NCBI GenBank assembly: GCA_020137815.1
Contig: CM035354.1
Coordinates: forward strand, 2,170,001 to 2,234,000
Length of the DNA stretch: 64,000 nucleotides
Origin: Hormiphora californensis
Taxonomy: Eukaryota; Animalia; Ctenophora
Direction: 5' to 3'
Positions 36,068 to 48,500 of the stretch are shown here, piece after piece. How positions within the stretch are numbered: position 1 is the first letter of the stretch; each line of letters begins with the position of its first letter. The translations under genes were made by a program, and so were the position numbers. A model generated the notes under the pieces. It searched no databases. It saw nothing but the letters and a program-made list of their open reading frames with translations, and had not been told where the DNA came from.

Positions 36068-38508
36068 AATTGAGAGAGAAATATAACGATGAAAAACCCG
36101 GAGAGGGCAAAGGTGTAAGTTTGACAATAAAAGTGGTCACCTTTCCAGCCAACTAATTTCTGTTAGTTTTTGGCATAATTATGTATAATAATTAACAACG
36201 ATTAATAATTAACTTGCTCCCTACTGGTATGAAAGCACGTTCTGTACCAGAACGCCCTAACATTTTACCGCAAACTGGTAAGATATCACTGATATCATTA
36301 TATCAGGTGTTCAGTATAGAAAACAGTTAAACATTTGAAAATATAAAATACCTTTGCCCCTTTCTTGCAGCCAGCTATGGATCGTTCCCTGATTTTCTGA
36401 CCCTTCACAAAGGCATCATGGGATATTTGAAAGGTTTGGAGGTGGAGGAGGGAGGTGACAAAGTCCCACTGAACAAGAGAGTTGGAACAGTCGATGAGGG
36501 ACTCAATGAAGCTTCTCTCATAATCCAACATCTCCTTCAGAGGGCTGAGCTGTGGGGGATGAGTTAGAGTATCATTAATTTAATTAATTAATTAGTTAAT
36601 TACTGTGGGATAAGTTAGAGTATTACTGCATGGGGGGATCAGTTGATTTACCTTCAGACTGAAATAGCAACACGTACAAGGTGATACCTGCACTTGCTTT
36701 CAAAACACGTACAAGATGATACATTGATACCTGCACTTGCTTTCAAAACACGTACAAGGTGATACCTGCACTTGCTTTCAAAACACGTACAAGATGATAC
36801 CTGCACTTGCTTTCAAAACACGTACAAGGTGATACCTTGTATGGAGGTGGGGTATGGCGCTGCCATACAGGACTTGAATGAAAAAAAACTTACCGCGTCA
36901 GATTGGATTTCAGCAGACATTTCTCCAATAGATTTGAGGTCCTCCGCAAAACTATCCTTGTGGTGAATTTCACCATCCTTACAGAAGCTTGAGATGAGAT
37001 GATGGTGCAACTGAGGGGGGTAATTAATAAATTAGCAATTAGAAACCTGAGGAAACAGACAAACCAACAAAATTATTGCCATGCTCGACCCTGTTTTCCA
37101 GACCAACAACAGATAAGATTGGCCCAAACAAGTTACACGGTCGCTTGTAGTGGGAAAACGGTAATGGAAAACGAAGATACAATAAGACGACGCGCAACCG
37201 TGACCAATCAGGGCGCTAGTACGTGCTGACACATGAACTTTTGCCGCGCGTTATGCACCGTGCGCGTCTCCTTACTGTATTTTCATTACGGTAATTTGAC
37301 TACAAGCAGCACTGTTACGTTTGTGTAGCGGGCTGTTATGTAAATCTCGAGCTCCTTGCAAACAGTTTTAATCAGGGCATTTTGGGATCTACTTAGATTG
37401 ACATCACTTTCTATTGCTTTCAGATCAGCTTTCAACCGCTCCACTTGTCTATCTGCCTGGAAAATGAGGGAGGATTAGGAAATGATGTCCAGGTGGACCT
37501 TTCTCGACATAATAACATGTAGTTCTAATGAGGAGTAACAAGAATCGTACCGAGTTGGGCGTGTATGCTCTCCCTGCAATGTTGTGTCCAAAAGTCTGGA
37601 TGTTCTTCATAATAGATCCTCTCTTCTTGAGATCACTCTGAACCAAGTCCCTCTCTTTTTCTATCATGTTCACTATCACAGGCTTTAAAGGAGTCATTAA
37701 CCCACTTGTATGCGATGTTGACCCACTCTGAGATGGAGAGAGGAAGGAGTGGTGAAAGATCGTGTATGTGTTCTCGATAAAGCATGGGACGATATGACCA
37801 GCAACAACAAAAAAGATGCAATACCTGTTTAAGAGTTGAGTCAAACGCCATGTTAACAGCACACTTGGCATCGTCGTACCTAGGAATACATAGTTAACAC
37901 CTAGTTAACACATTTAACCTCTCTATCTACTTTTTTAAAAACTTAGTCTACCTCTCCTTAAAGCTAAACTATATACAGGGTGGTTCAGAAACATGGAGCC
38001 ACTTGGAGATAAAAGTTGGAAAAATACAATCCTCTCTCTATTGTACGGATCAAAATTTCAACGTGTTACCCTGTCAGTTGACAGGCTGATAATTTTTATG
38101 AAAGAGTGACTCTCTGTCGATCTCAATCCTCAGGGGACACCTTTTCTAGTCAATAGACCGTGAAAATACGTTTTTAATTACACTGTACATTGGAGAGCGA
38201 ACTGTATTGACACATTAGTTATCTCAAAGTGGCTCCATGTTTCTGAACCACCCTGTACTACAAAAAAACTATAGTAAAACTATGTTCAACTTGTTTAACT
38301 TTTCTCCTGTACTAAAACTCAGTCGCTACCTCATCGACCCTAATTTGACTAACTTGAAGAGGCAAATCCACTGGAAAACATTCTTGATGCTCAGAGCGGT
38401 TCGGCTCTGTTCCTCGGATACCATGTTCCTATGGTCTAGTAACACGTACCCATCCTCTGTACTGCTATGCCTGCTACTTGTCCGGCTACTGCTAGATCCA
38501 CCGAACAT
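30644..38508 (-). CDS. KICS2: KICSTOR subunit 2 (C12orf66), multi-exon
   Basis: LSPLKEMLDYE..QWDFVTSLLHL; YPELYKWFWRMYEMLLSKFTLYF; DYRAKLSDFC..ATLLLNTTNITFVGHG; YLYDDRKNK|TYFLCILDENVFL. The start codon is less certain. Confidence 0.85.
30958..31202. repeat. 27-bp tandem repeat (CTAGTCCACCTTCCCGCATTGTACCAC)
   Basis: Direct reading; intronic. Confidence 0.9.
31476..31584 (+). mobile_element. hAT-type MITE (copy 3)
   Basis: Full TIRs; TSD GTATTCAG. Confidence 0.92.
32194..32302 (+). mobile_element. hAT-type MITE (copy 4)
   Basis: Full TIRs; TSD GTTCTAAC. Confidence 0.92.
32829..36180. mobile_element. Tandem Helentron/DINE-1-like non-autonomous element cluster in a KICS2 intron
   Basis: Repeated head TCACTGCGCTGGCAAGCGCAAAGG (32829, ~33101, ~34159); ~1058-bp near-exact tandem duplication; ~60-75-bp stem-loops; (GA)n; AAATTTGG and TTTCAAGTCTCTA core motifs. 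Confidence 0.6.
37976..38255. mobile_element. Tc1/mariner-type MITE
   Basis: TA|CAGGGTGGTTCAGAAACATGGAGCCAC ... GTGGCTCCATGTTTCTGAACCACCCTG|TA. Confidence 0.9.
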
Positions 38509-39127
38509 TCATAGCTAAAAAGAGGGGGGGTGTTTACTGCTTAGCAGGACATTGATTGAGGAGTTGAAATTCCAACAACACTGAATTCAGTTCCAGGAAC
38601 ATGAGAGAAATGCGCGCGTGAGTGTGCGCGCCACACCAATAATATTTCTCTCCCCGCGCCCTACGAACATGACACAAAAGGGGAAATTCGGAGGTGCAGA
38701 GACGGGTTGTAGCAAGAGACAAAATTTCCAACACGTAGTGTCAAACGACGGTTAATTCAGACTTATAACTTTTATAAGGGCTCCAACCAGACACAAAACA
38801 TGGTAAGACTAAGAGCTGCAAGCGACTAAAAACAAATTAAAATTATCAAAGACTGGAATGCATGTCCTGCAGTACAGACTACAGCTGACAAGCGATACTT
38901 TAGTTACAACATCAAAACAATAAACTATATTATGAGCAACACCAAGGAAACAAGAAAGGAAAATAAATAGTTAAAATCAAATTGCACTCCTGTCTGTCCT
39001 GTTATTGTAGACAGCCCGCCAAGTCAGAGAGGGAGACTTTATCACAAACACTCTGTATAGTGTGAGTTTTGTGTATTTGCTTGTTCTGACTAACAGTTAC
39101 ACTTGAATTTAGCGAGTTAAGACCACC

Positions 39128-41314
39128 ATGGCCCCCTCCTTTTGGGACCAGGTAAATGGAAAAATAATAAAACCTTTATGTTTCAGATTACTTGAATTAA
39201 AATGTAGCTGTGGTTGTATAACGCGTTGATCCGTATTTGACAATGTCCCACATGTTTTCAGGCGCAAGATGCCCGTCAGAACTCAGACAGTTGGATGAAG
39301 TATTTCTTTACCATGGCAACCATTACTAGTTTAACGGCATGCGGTAGGTGGGGGTTGGGGGGTTTTCATACCCTATTCTTGCTACATGGAGAAAAGTGTT
39401 AAAGCACATGAATGAAGCACATAAAGGTCGTTGCCACCCCCCACATGTTTTTACTTCCCGATTATACAGCAAAATAATGTCTGCACCCAATGTTATGCTA
39501 CGTCCCTGTTTTATTCTCTTCCATTTGAACATATCCCTCTTCCAGTACCGGCGATATCGCTTTGCGATAGTCCCTTGTGGGCTTGCCGTTGACAACCCAG
39601 GCACTTGGAAGAAGAAGAAGATGTTATCCCTCTTTCATCTTTTTTATTCATCCATTTCAAACTGATCTATCTACAGGAACGTGTTGTATGATACTTGCAA
39701 TGCTGCTCCCTTTTATTGCCTTGGTAATTGGAATTGTGAAGATAGACGAGTGCCCTGTTAATGATATGATACCCGTTTATCTGGTGAGATGTAAATCACA
39801 AATCACAAATCACACCGTAAATCACACCACATCACAATGCTAAGTTATCCATCTCCGGGGGGCTTCAACCCTCAGGGGCCACTCAATCAAGAGCACTCAC
39901 AAGTGTCGACCACATCACATTGACGAGTCGCTTGTGTTCCTCTTACCCGGTACCTTATAGTAGAAGAAGATTACTTAGTAATAGCATTGACAAGTAAGGA
40001 CTGTACTAAGTGGGACTTTCTGAAGAGTTATATCTTTCTGAAGAGTTATATCTTTCTGAAGAGTTATATCTTTCTGAAGAGTTATATCTTTCTGAAGAGT
40101 TATATCTTTCTGAAGAGTTATATCTTTCTGAAGAGTTATATCTTTCTGAAGAGTTATATCTTTCTGAAGAGTTATATCTTTCTGAAGAGTTATATCTTTC
40201 TGAAGAGTTATATCTTTCTGAAGAGTTATATCTTTCTGAAGAGTTATATCTTTCTGAAGAGTTATATCTTTCTGAAGAGTTATATCTTTCTGAAGAGTTA
40301 TATCTTTCTGAAGAGTTATATCTTTCTGAAGAGTTATATCTTTCTGAAGATTTATATCTTTCTGAAGAGTTATATCTTTCTGAAGAGTTATATCTTTCTG
40401 AAGAGTTATATCTTTCTGAAGAGTTATATCTTTCTGAAGATTTATATCTTTCTGAAGAGTTATATCTTTCTGAAGATTTATATCTTTCTGAAGAGTTATA
40501 TCTTTCTGAAGAGTTATATCTTTCTGAAGAGTTATATCTTTCTGAAGAGTTATAATATCTTTCAGATCGCTATAGGTATCATTGGAATCATCAGTTCCGG
40601 TCTGAGTCTGACTCGCCAGTACTTCAAGGATGACGAGAATAAGCAGAAATGTATCATATGCCTTCAAGTTCCAGTCTCCATCCTCTGGTTGGGGTTCTTT
40701 ATTGCAGGTATGTTATCATGGCATGTTGTCATGGTAACTGTTACCCCTTTCTAGCTCATACATGAAATGCACAGTACATGCGTCCCATGTTGTGCAATGC
40801 AGGCCGTCACTGAGCTATTGGCCAGTGTGTGGCTCACACCGCATTTTATTTCATAAAATTATTAGTGTGCTCTGTGAGGGTTCGGTAGATCAAACTCACC
40901 ATAGCCCCGACCACCGCTACCATAATTGCGTAATGAATCACGTGATGTTAAAATGCAACTCTCCTGCCAGGAAACATCTGGGTCTACGGATCATTATCTG
41001 AAGTGGAGACAGAAGACGAAGACAGGATGATAGCGGGGAAAAAAGGGAAGCCCATACCCAATCCTAATTACTGTCATCCCTGGGTCTACTGGCTCGCATT
41101 CTTCCTCGTCACAGTGGTTTACGTTGCCCTAATCCTTATCTGTTGTATGATTTGCTGTGTCGGTGCTTTCATGGCCAAAAAGGCATCTGAAGCTGAGGAA
41201 ACGCCCCTAAATGACACCGAAACTACAAACTACACTGATGAATCTGCCGGGGGAAAGAAGGAGGGAGAAGGAATCCCTGAACCAGAACCCAAACCGGCTG
41301 ATAACCCTGCATAA
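39128..41314 (+). CDS. TMEM272-like four-pass membrane protein, 5 exons
   Basis: IGIVKIDECPVNDMIPVYL|IAIG...WLGFFIA|GNIWVYG...NYCHPWVYWLAF matches the TMEM272 family pattern; splice phases are consistent. Confidence 0.8.
40015..40560. repeat. 18-bp tandem repeat (TATATCTTTCTGAAGAGT)n directly upstream of an acceptor
   Basis: About 30 units ending in TATCTTTCAG|exon. Confidence 0.97.
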
Positions 41315-41811
41315 TGACCTAATAAGCTGTGCAGTTGATCTGTTTATAATAATTAAACTGCTCAATTGGTAAAAATTAATTGCGTTTTCGTGATATGAAG
41401 CGAAGCTTGCTAAAAGAGAGGTAAATACTGCTTCGTGATCGAGATTTTGTCCTCATGCCCATGGTGAACCGTAAAAACTAAAGTAAATGTAAATTATGCA
41501 CTTAATATCCCACTCAATAGTGAATAAATACCCAGAAAAATGGTGCCAACGCACTCTCTAAAGTATCACTTTCTCAAGTTATGGTGTTACACAATTCAGA
41601 TCTTCCCTTTATGGTTCCACCTAAATAAAAATTAAAATACTCGTTTCCTCACGCCCTATCTCTAGACGCATAAAGCACATTGAGAGAAATATCATTGGGA
41701 AATGACGGATAACCTCTGACACCAGCAGACACAGTACACACTACTGCACACAGGAGACGACACACCGATTAAAGCAGATTATAGTCAATCAAAACAGTAG
41801 TTTATTAGTTA

Positions 41812-42419
41812 CTCGACCAAAACGCGGAGTTTTTACGTCAGCCGACCCGAAACCGTATTAAATTTGGCCACCCGCTGGTCTCAGGGCCTCCAAATATGTC
41901 AAAATATGTCTGAATTGTCATTTGGGGTCATTTAGACCTTTAAATAACATGTAATTACCCTTTAATTACATGTAATTACATTTTAATTACATGTAATTAC
42001 TTCCAATTACATTCCAATTACTTCAGCACCTCGAGAGCTTTCGAACGCACCCTAGAACACCTTTCTACTCCTTCTAATTGCCGAGTTCTGTATACCCCTT
42101 ATTTTGACTGTTTTTCGCGTCCTACCCCTTATAGGTTTGGGTATGGCCATCGCCTCACCCCCTATACGTCGCGGGATCTCGAGACCTTTCCAACGAGCCA
42201 TAGAACACCTCTCTACGACTTCAGGGGGCTTCAAAACTTTCACTCTAAAAATATCTATGGTTTTATGGTTTATGGTTTATGGTTATGGTTTTTTTTTCAT
42301 CTGGTATTAAGGGCCTGTCGGCTCGGCCCCGTTGTTTTAGTTTTAGGGGGGATGTTTTAGTGGGGATGGGTTGAGTTTGGGTTATATTCGGGTCGGGGGG
42401 CCTTGCCAGGCCCCGAATT
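41812..42419 (+). mobile_element. Helentron-like non-autonomous insertion
   Basis: Absent from the second duplicate copy; subterminal IR CCGACCCGAA/TTCGGGTCGG; 3' hairpin GGGGCCTTGCCAGGCCCC; internal microsatellites. Confidence 0.55.
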
Positions 42420-43661
42420 TCCCCCTTACGGCTGTACCCTGGTGCATTTTCATAGGTCAGGCGGAAAGACGTGCTGACTGCCAGGGGTTGCCATGTTAGA
42501 CGGGCGCCGTTACGATATGGGTGTTTCGTGGCCTGTTTACAGGTGCACGCTGCCAAAAAGTTAATTCACTAAAATGGCTCTAACCGCCAAAGTCCAAACC
42601 ACTTAACCGTTTTAGCTAATTGATAATTCAAAGTTTATCTGGTAGGAAATGTCAAGGCCTAACCCCAACTCAAACCCCAGCCCAAACACTAACCCTACTT
42701 TGGCCGTAACACCGCTAACCGCTTGACCGTAAAAACCGCTTGTCAGCACTCACGAAATACCCAGATTTTAACGCTGGCCGGGAGCGATTATAATCTGGGT
42801 TCCTTTCATCCTGTTTACAGGTGCGCACTACCAAAAGAGTACACTTAGACCGACTTTTTTCAAACGGCTATGATAACCCTGCATAATGACCTAATAAGCT
42901 GTGCAGTTGATCTGTTTATAATTGCTCAATTGGTAAAAATTAATTGCGTTTTCGTGATATGAAGCGAAGCTTGCTAAAAGAGAGGTAAATAATGCTTTGT
43001 GATCGATATTTTGTCCTCATGCCCATGGTGAACCGTAAAAAGTTCAAGTTTACAACTAAAGTAATGTAAATTATAATGCACTTAATATCCCACCCAATAG
43101 TGAATATATACCCAGAAAAATGGTGCCAACGCACTCTCTAAAGTATCACTTTCTCAAGTTATGGTGTTACACAACAGATCTTCCCTTTATGGGTCCACCT
43201 AAATAAAAATCAAAATACTCGTTTCCTCACGCCCTATCTCTAGACACATAAAGCACATTGAGGGAAATATCATTGGGAAATGACGGATAACCTCTGACAC
43301 CAGCAGACACAGTACACACTACTGCACACAGGAGACGACACACCGATAAAGCAGATTATAGTCAATCGAAACAGTAGTTTATTAGTTATTTGCCCCTTAC
43401 AGCTGTACCCTGGTGCATTTTCATAGGTCAGGCGGAAAGACGTGCTGACTGCCAAGTTAGACGGGCGCCGTTACGATCTGGGTGTTTCGTGGACTGTTTA
43501 TAGGTGTGCGCTTAATTCACTAAAATGGCTCTAACCGCCAGGCGCCAAAGTCCAAACCACTTAACCGTTTTAGCTAATTTTAAGTTTATCTGGTAGGAAA
43601 TGTCAAGGCCTAACCCCAACCCAAACCCCAGCCCAAACCCTAACCCTACTTTGGCCGTAAC

Positions 43662-44347
43662 GGGGGGTACGTCACCTTTTTTTTTGCCCACATTTGCCCA
43701 CATTTGCCCACATGGGCAAACTGAAATCTCAAAAAACAGGTATAATGTGGGCAAAGTGGGCAAAAAGTGGGCAAAAATATTATAAGCATCAAAACTTTAC
43801 CAGAAAACCCTCTGTGATAAATGTTTTTCACCTCCAATGTCTTCCAAGAGGTCCCCTCTATCGATTCCAACCGAAATTAATGTGACCTTTTAACTAGGAT
43901 GAACACGCTCCACTTCCACGGGACAAAATTGCAAAATTTTGGCAAAATAGCAAGGCGTTTTTGTTTTTGGGGTATTTAGGGAACTTGTTCATCTAATAAG
44001 GTTTCCCTTGCATTGTACTCCCAATCGGTGGTTACTTAGGAAACCAAATTTTTTCATTCAAGCCTGAGTTGGAAACGTGCCTAAGATGACAATTTCATTT
44101 GCCAACAATTTGCCCAATTTTCCCCGTTGGCATGTGACCTGTGCAATCCCTAGGTCAGAAAATTACGAGTGGAACGACTGCGGGGCCTGCCAGGGACATT
44201 GGGCGTGAAAACTATGGGTGTTCGAGGACGTTAGTCCTGGTGTCAACAATTTTATTATAAATGTTTTTGCCCTTTGCCCTTTTGCCTACTTGCCCCTTGC
44301 CCATGGCAATCAATTAGAATAGGCAGGCAAAAAAGTGACTACCCCCC
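43662..44347. mobile_element. G6-ended TIR element
   Basis: GGGGGGTACGTCAC..TTTTTTGCC / GGCAAAAAAGTGACTACCCCCC; flanking repeat (CC)GTAAC. Confidence 0.7.
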
Positions 44348-45516
44348 GTAACAAACCGTTTGCTAATAAACCGCAACCAATGGCCAATTTGAGTAAACTA
44401 AACGGTAACTGATAGAGAATAGCCCTAACCGGTAACCCCAAACCAAACCCTAACCAGACCCTAACGGATAGCCCTAACCCGTCGCGCGCGCTAAAACTAC
44501 GAATTGTTAGCAGTGAAATGCACCCAGATTTTAACTTTTTCCACGCTGGCCGGGGCGCCGTTACGATCTGGGTGTTTGGAGGCCTGTTTACAGGTGCGCG
44601 CTGCCAAAAAAGTTGATTCATTAAAATGGCTCTAACCGCCAAACCACTCAACCGTTTTGGCTGATTCAAAGTTTATCTGGTAGGGAATGTCAAGGCCTAA
44701 CCCCAACCCAAACCCCAACCCTAACCCTAACCCTACTTTAGCCCTAACCCTAAAAAACCGTTTGCCAGCACTCCCAAAACACCCAGATTTTAACTCTGGC
44801 CCGCTGGCCGGCCTGGCCGCTCGACATGGGCGCCGTTACGATCTGGGTGTTTGGAGGCCTGTTTACAGGTGCGCGCTGCCAAAAGAGTTGATTCACTAAA
44901 ATGGCTCTAACCGCCCGCGCCAAACCACTCAACCGTTTTGGCTGATTCAACGTTTATCTGGTAGGGAATGTCAAGGCCTAACCCCAACCCAAACCCCAAC
45001 CCTAACCCTAACCCTACATCCTACTTTAGCCCTAACCCTAAAAAACTTTTTTTCTTTTTTTTTTCGACATGGACATTAATTTTCATTTTCTCCTCTCGTT
45101 TGCGCTGTCGTTGAGCGATTTAAATGTAGCACGCGAAATTTTATCTGGCAAGTCCGCGCGCCGCGCGTTTTACTACTAAAAACGGCATAAAATTTGATAT
45201 CGGAAAAAAAGTTTAAAAAAAAGAGGTTTGGAATCACTTTCTCCTTTCAAAACTTGGAACCGCTCAGTTTCCGTCACTGTAAAGTCCGATTTTTTGAAAC
45301 TGTCACCCCCCTTTTCGTGCGCGGAATGTTTTTGCGCGTCACATCACATGTTAACGTGTGGTGTGCGCGTCAAATTTGATAAATTTCACATGCGCGGTCA
45401 TTTTGGGGTGACAGTTTCAAAAAATCCGACTTTACCCCCTTTCTTTCATTCTCAGCTTCGTTCAAAACTCACAATATCAATTATCTAGTATAATAACTCA
45501 CTAATTTTTTTGCAGC

Positions 45517-48500
45517 ATGGCTACCACTAGATTCGGAGACAGAAATCTGGCCCGTCCAGGAATCAGACGCAACCCGCTCGAGTGTAACAATGTCACGAAA
45601 CCGTTGAAGGATGGAGCTCTTAAGCCCAGTACGAAACCACTCTCATCAAACGTATTTGGTGTGAGCCGGGCGTATGATACTCGATTTAAGAAGAATGAGC
45701 TCGTCAAACCCAGCACTAAGCGGGCAATGCTCCCCGAGAAACCAAAGACAGTCAAACAATCTGTAAGTCAAGTTTTAGGTGATTTACCATGAGCTTTGCC
45801 AGTCTCAATTTTCGGATGCTACAGTTTTTTTGTCTTGAGAAAAGACCGCTAACAACTTCCTTCTCCAGTCGATAGATGAGTTATCGAGCAAGTTGTCCAA
45901 CTTCTCCATAATCCAAGATGTGGACGAGGATGACAAGGAGAATCCCCTCATGTGTAGCGAGTACATCGTGGACATTTACCAGTACATGCGCCAAATGGAA
46001 ACGTTCTTCGAAGTAAGCAACAGTAGATTTTATTATTATTATTAAATCTTGTATACATAATACATAACGCTTCTTTCTTGTAAGCTATACGGAATTAACT
46101 ACTGAAAAGATTCACTGCTGATTAGATTCTATGCTCTTGATTTCTCTAAACTTAGTGATAAGTATATATATATATATATATATGTATTATATTATATTAG
46201 TGCTGTAGTAATATAATAGTTGTAACAGATAATGATTAATACAGTTAATAAATTAAGTAATGTAATAAGTTAATTAATTAATGTAATAAGTTAATAAGAT
46301 AACAATAGTAATAATGGTTAATTAAGCTATGTAATGTAGTAGAGAAAAGCTACATTACTAGGCTATAGTAAAATAAGTGAAAAAGATTATTTTCACGGAA
46401 TCACACGTAATTCAAATTTTAAGACGAATATTTAAGATAAGTAGAAAACTTAAGACTAATTTAGGACTAATTTAAGACTTAATTAAGACTAATTCAAGAC
46501 TAAGTTAAGAATATTTAGAGACTAATTTATGACAATGAAGCTTGGATAACTAATTTACCTACTAAATAAAGTATAAACTTACGATAGCTGCTACGTTACG
46601 TCAATAGATTATCATCAAATGTAGAATTCTCTAATATATGTGCTACTAGCATTCTGAACTTGCGTTTCACGTTTTTGTCTTGACAAAATATTAAGGGGAT
46701 ACGGTAGTTTAATTCGTAGATGGCTAAAGAACTGAGCTCCTGTCTTAGAGCGGACACTGCCCCTGCAGATACACATTCAAATAGTTTGTGGTAAGATGAG
46801 TCGGGCAACAACCCACACTCTAGGCATGTCGGAACGGACACCGTGCTGTCATGCTGCAGATACCGGAACGCAAAGTTCTGAAAACGTAGATTATGACCGT
46901 GAGTGAAGTCGATAATCGCCGTAGATTCTCCTCTACTGAGAGCTCGATGGAGAAGAGCAACAGTAGAACATGGCTTGTAATACCGTGATCGTCCCTCATG
47001 ATTCCATTACACGATCCTTACTCATTGCATATAATTCGAAAACCGGGGTAAATCAAATCAAATCAAATCAAATTAAATTTACACAATCTAAACGCGTGCG
47101 GATTTCCCAGCGAGTGGGTCCTCCTTGTCAAGTCTTAACTCAAAATATTAAAATCGAATCGCCCCGTCATGTGGTCAGTCATCAGCAAAATCACACACAG
47201 CAAAATCACACACAGCAAAATCACACACAGCTAAGATTTCGCCGCCTGACTGAAGTCATTCGGGACCGTGGGGTACCCTCTCACTGGAGGCCTGTCCTTG
47301 TACTCCTTCATGAAAGAACCCAGGCTAGCCTTAAACCCTGCCAATGTTTCACAAAGGGTCACCTCTCGGGGCAGTTTATTCCACAACTGAGGAGCCCTGT
47401 AACTGAACGAGTTGAACAGCTGGGTAGCTCGCCTCCTATCAGCCCAATAAGGATACTTCTGCGTTTTGACCTGTATCCCCAAGCGGCCTGTCTGGAATTC
47501 CATTCCTACACAGTTAGGTACTAGTCCATGATAGATTTTCCAGACATGTATAAGCTCGTACCTCTGGCGTCGCCTCTGAAGGGACATGATTTTCAGAGTC
47601 TCCAACCGCTCCCAGTAGGTCAGCTCATTCATCACATAGATCTTTCTTAAGAAAGCTCGCTGAACGTTCTCCAGCGCCTGGATGTCAGCTACCTTGGACG
47701 GTGACCAAACCAAGCAGCAGTACTCTAGAATGGGACGAACCAAGGCCTTGTATAGAGTCAGTAATACCTCCTGAGATCTACATCTGAACACGCTCAGAAT
47801 CCATCCCGCAATCCGGTTGGCCCTCCTAACGATGTCATTGATGTGATAAGTCCATGTACCATCCGCCGACAACCATACACCGAGGTCCTTTACGTGCTGT
47901 TCAGGTTCCACAGTCGTACCTGCTTCCGTAACATAGCTCAGGGTTTCAGACGTGAAAGGTAGCTCCCTAAGCAACTGGGACTTGCCTAGGGGGTATATCA
48001 TTAGCTGAAACTTCTTCTCGTGAAGCCTCATGTTGTTATTGGACGACCACTGACTAACATTTTTGATGTCCTCTTGAAGTTCCACTTGGTCAAGAAGGGT
48101 CTGGATAGCCTGGATCAGCTTAGTGTCATCGGCAAAAGACATCGAGTCTGCACTTGAGAGGCATTCTTTCAGGTCGAGTACATAAAATATGAAAAGGACT
48201 GGCCCCAGTACGCTGCCCTGGATTACACTACTGACCACGAGTTCCCAGAATGATTGCTCCCCGTCCACAAGTACCGTCTGCTTTCGGTTGATGAGGAACT
48301 CCTTTATCCAAGCCAACAGTTTGCCGCGGACACCATAACGATGAAGCTTTTTGAGTAAGACACGTGTATCAACTCTATCAAACGCCTTTTGAAAGTCCAG
48401 ATACAACACGTCCACTTCATTCCCTTCAGTGAGCTGTTTTAATACTCTATCTATATGGGCGAGGAGATGAGTCATCGTACTTCGCCCCTTTCGAAAGCCG

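Larger units (their letters stand above)
41299..45042. repeat. Diverged tandem duplication of the TMEM272-like 3' end plus a satellite with telomere-like tracts
   Basis: 41299-41811 matches 42871-43388; a ~250-300-bp unit with CCTAACCCCAACCCAAACCC recurs at ~42500, 43460, 44555 and 44830. Confidence 0.85.
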
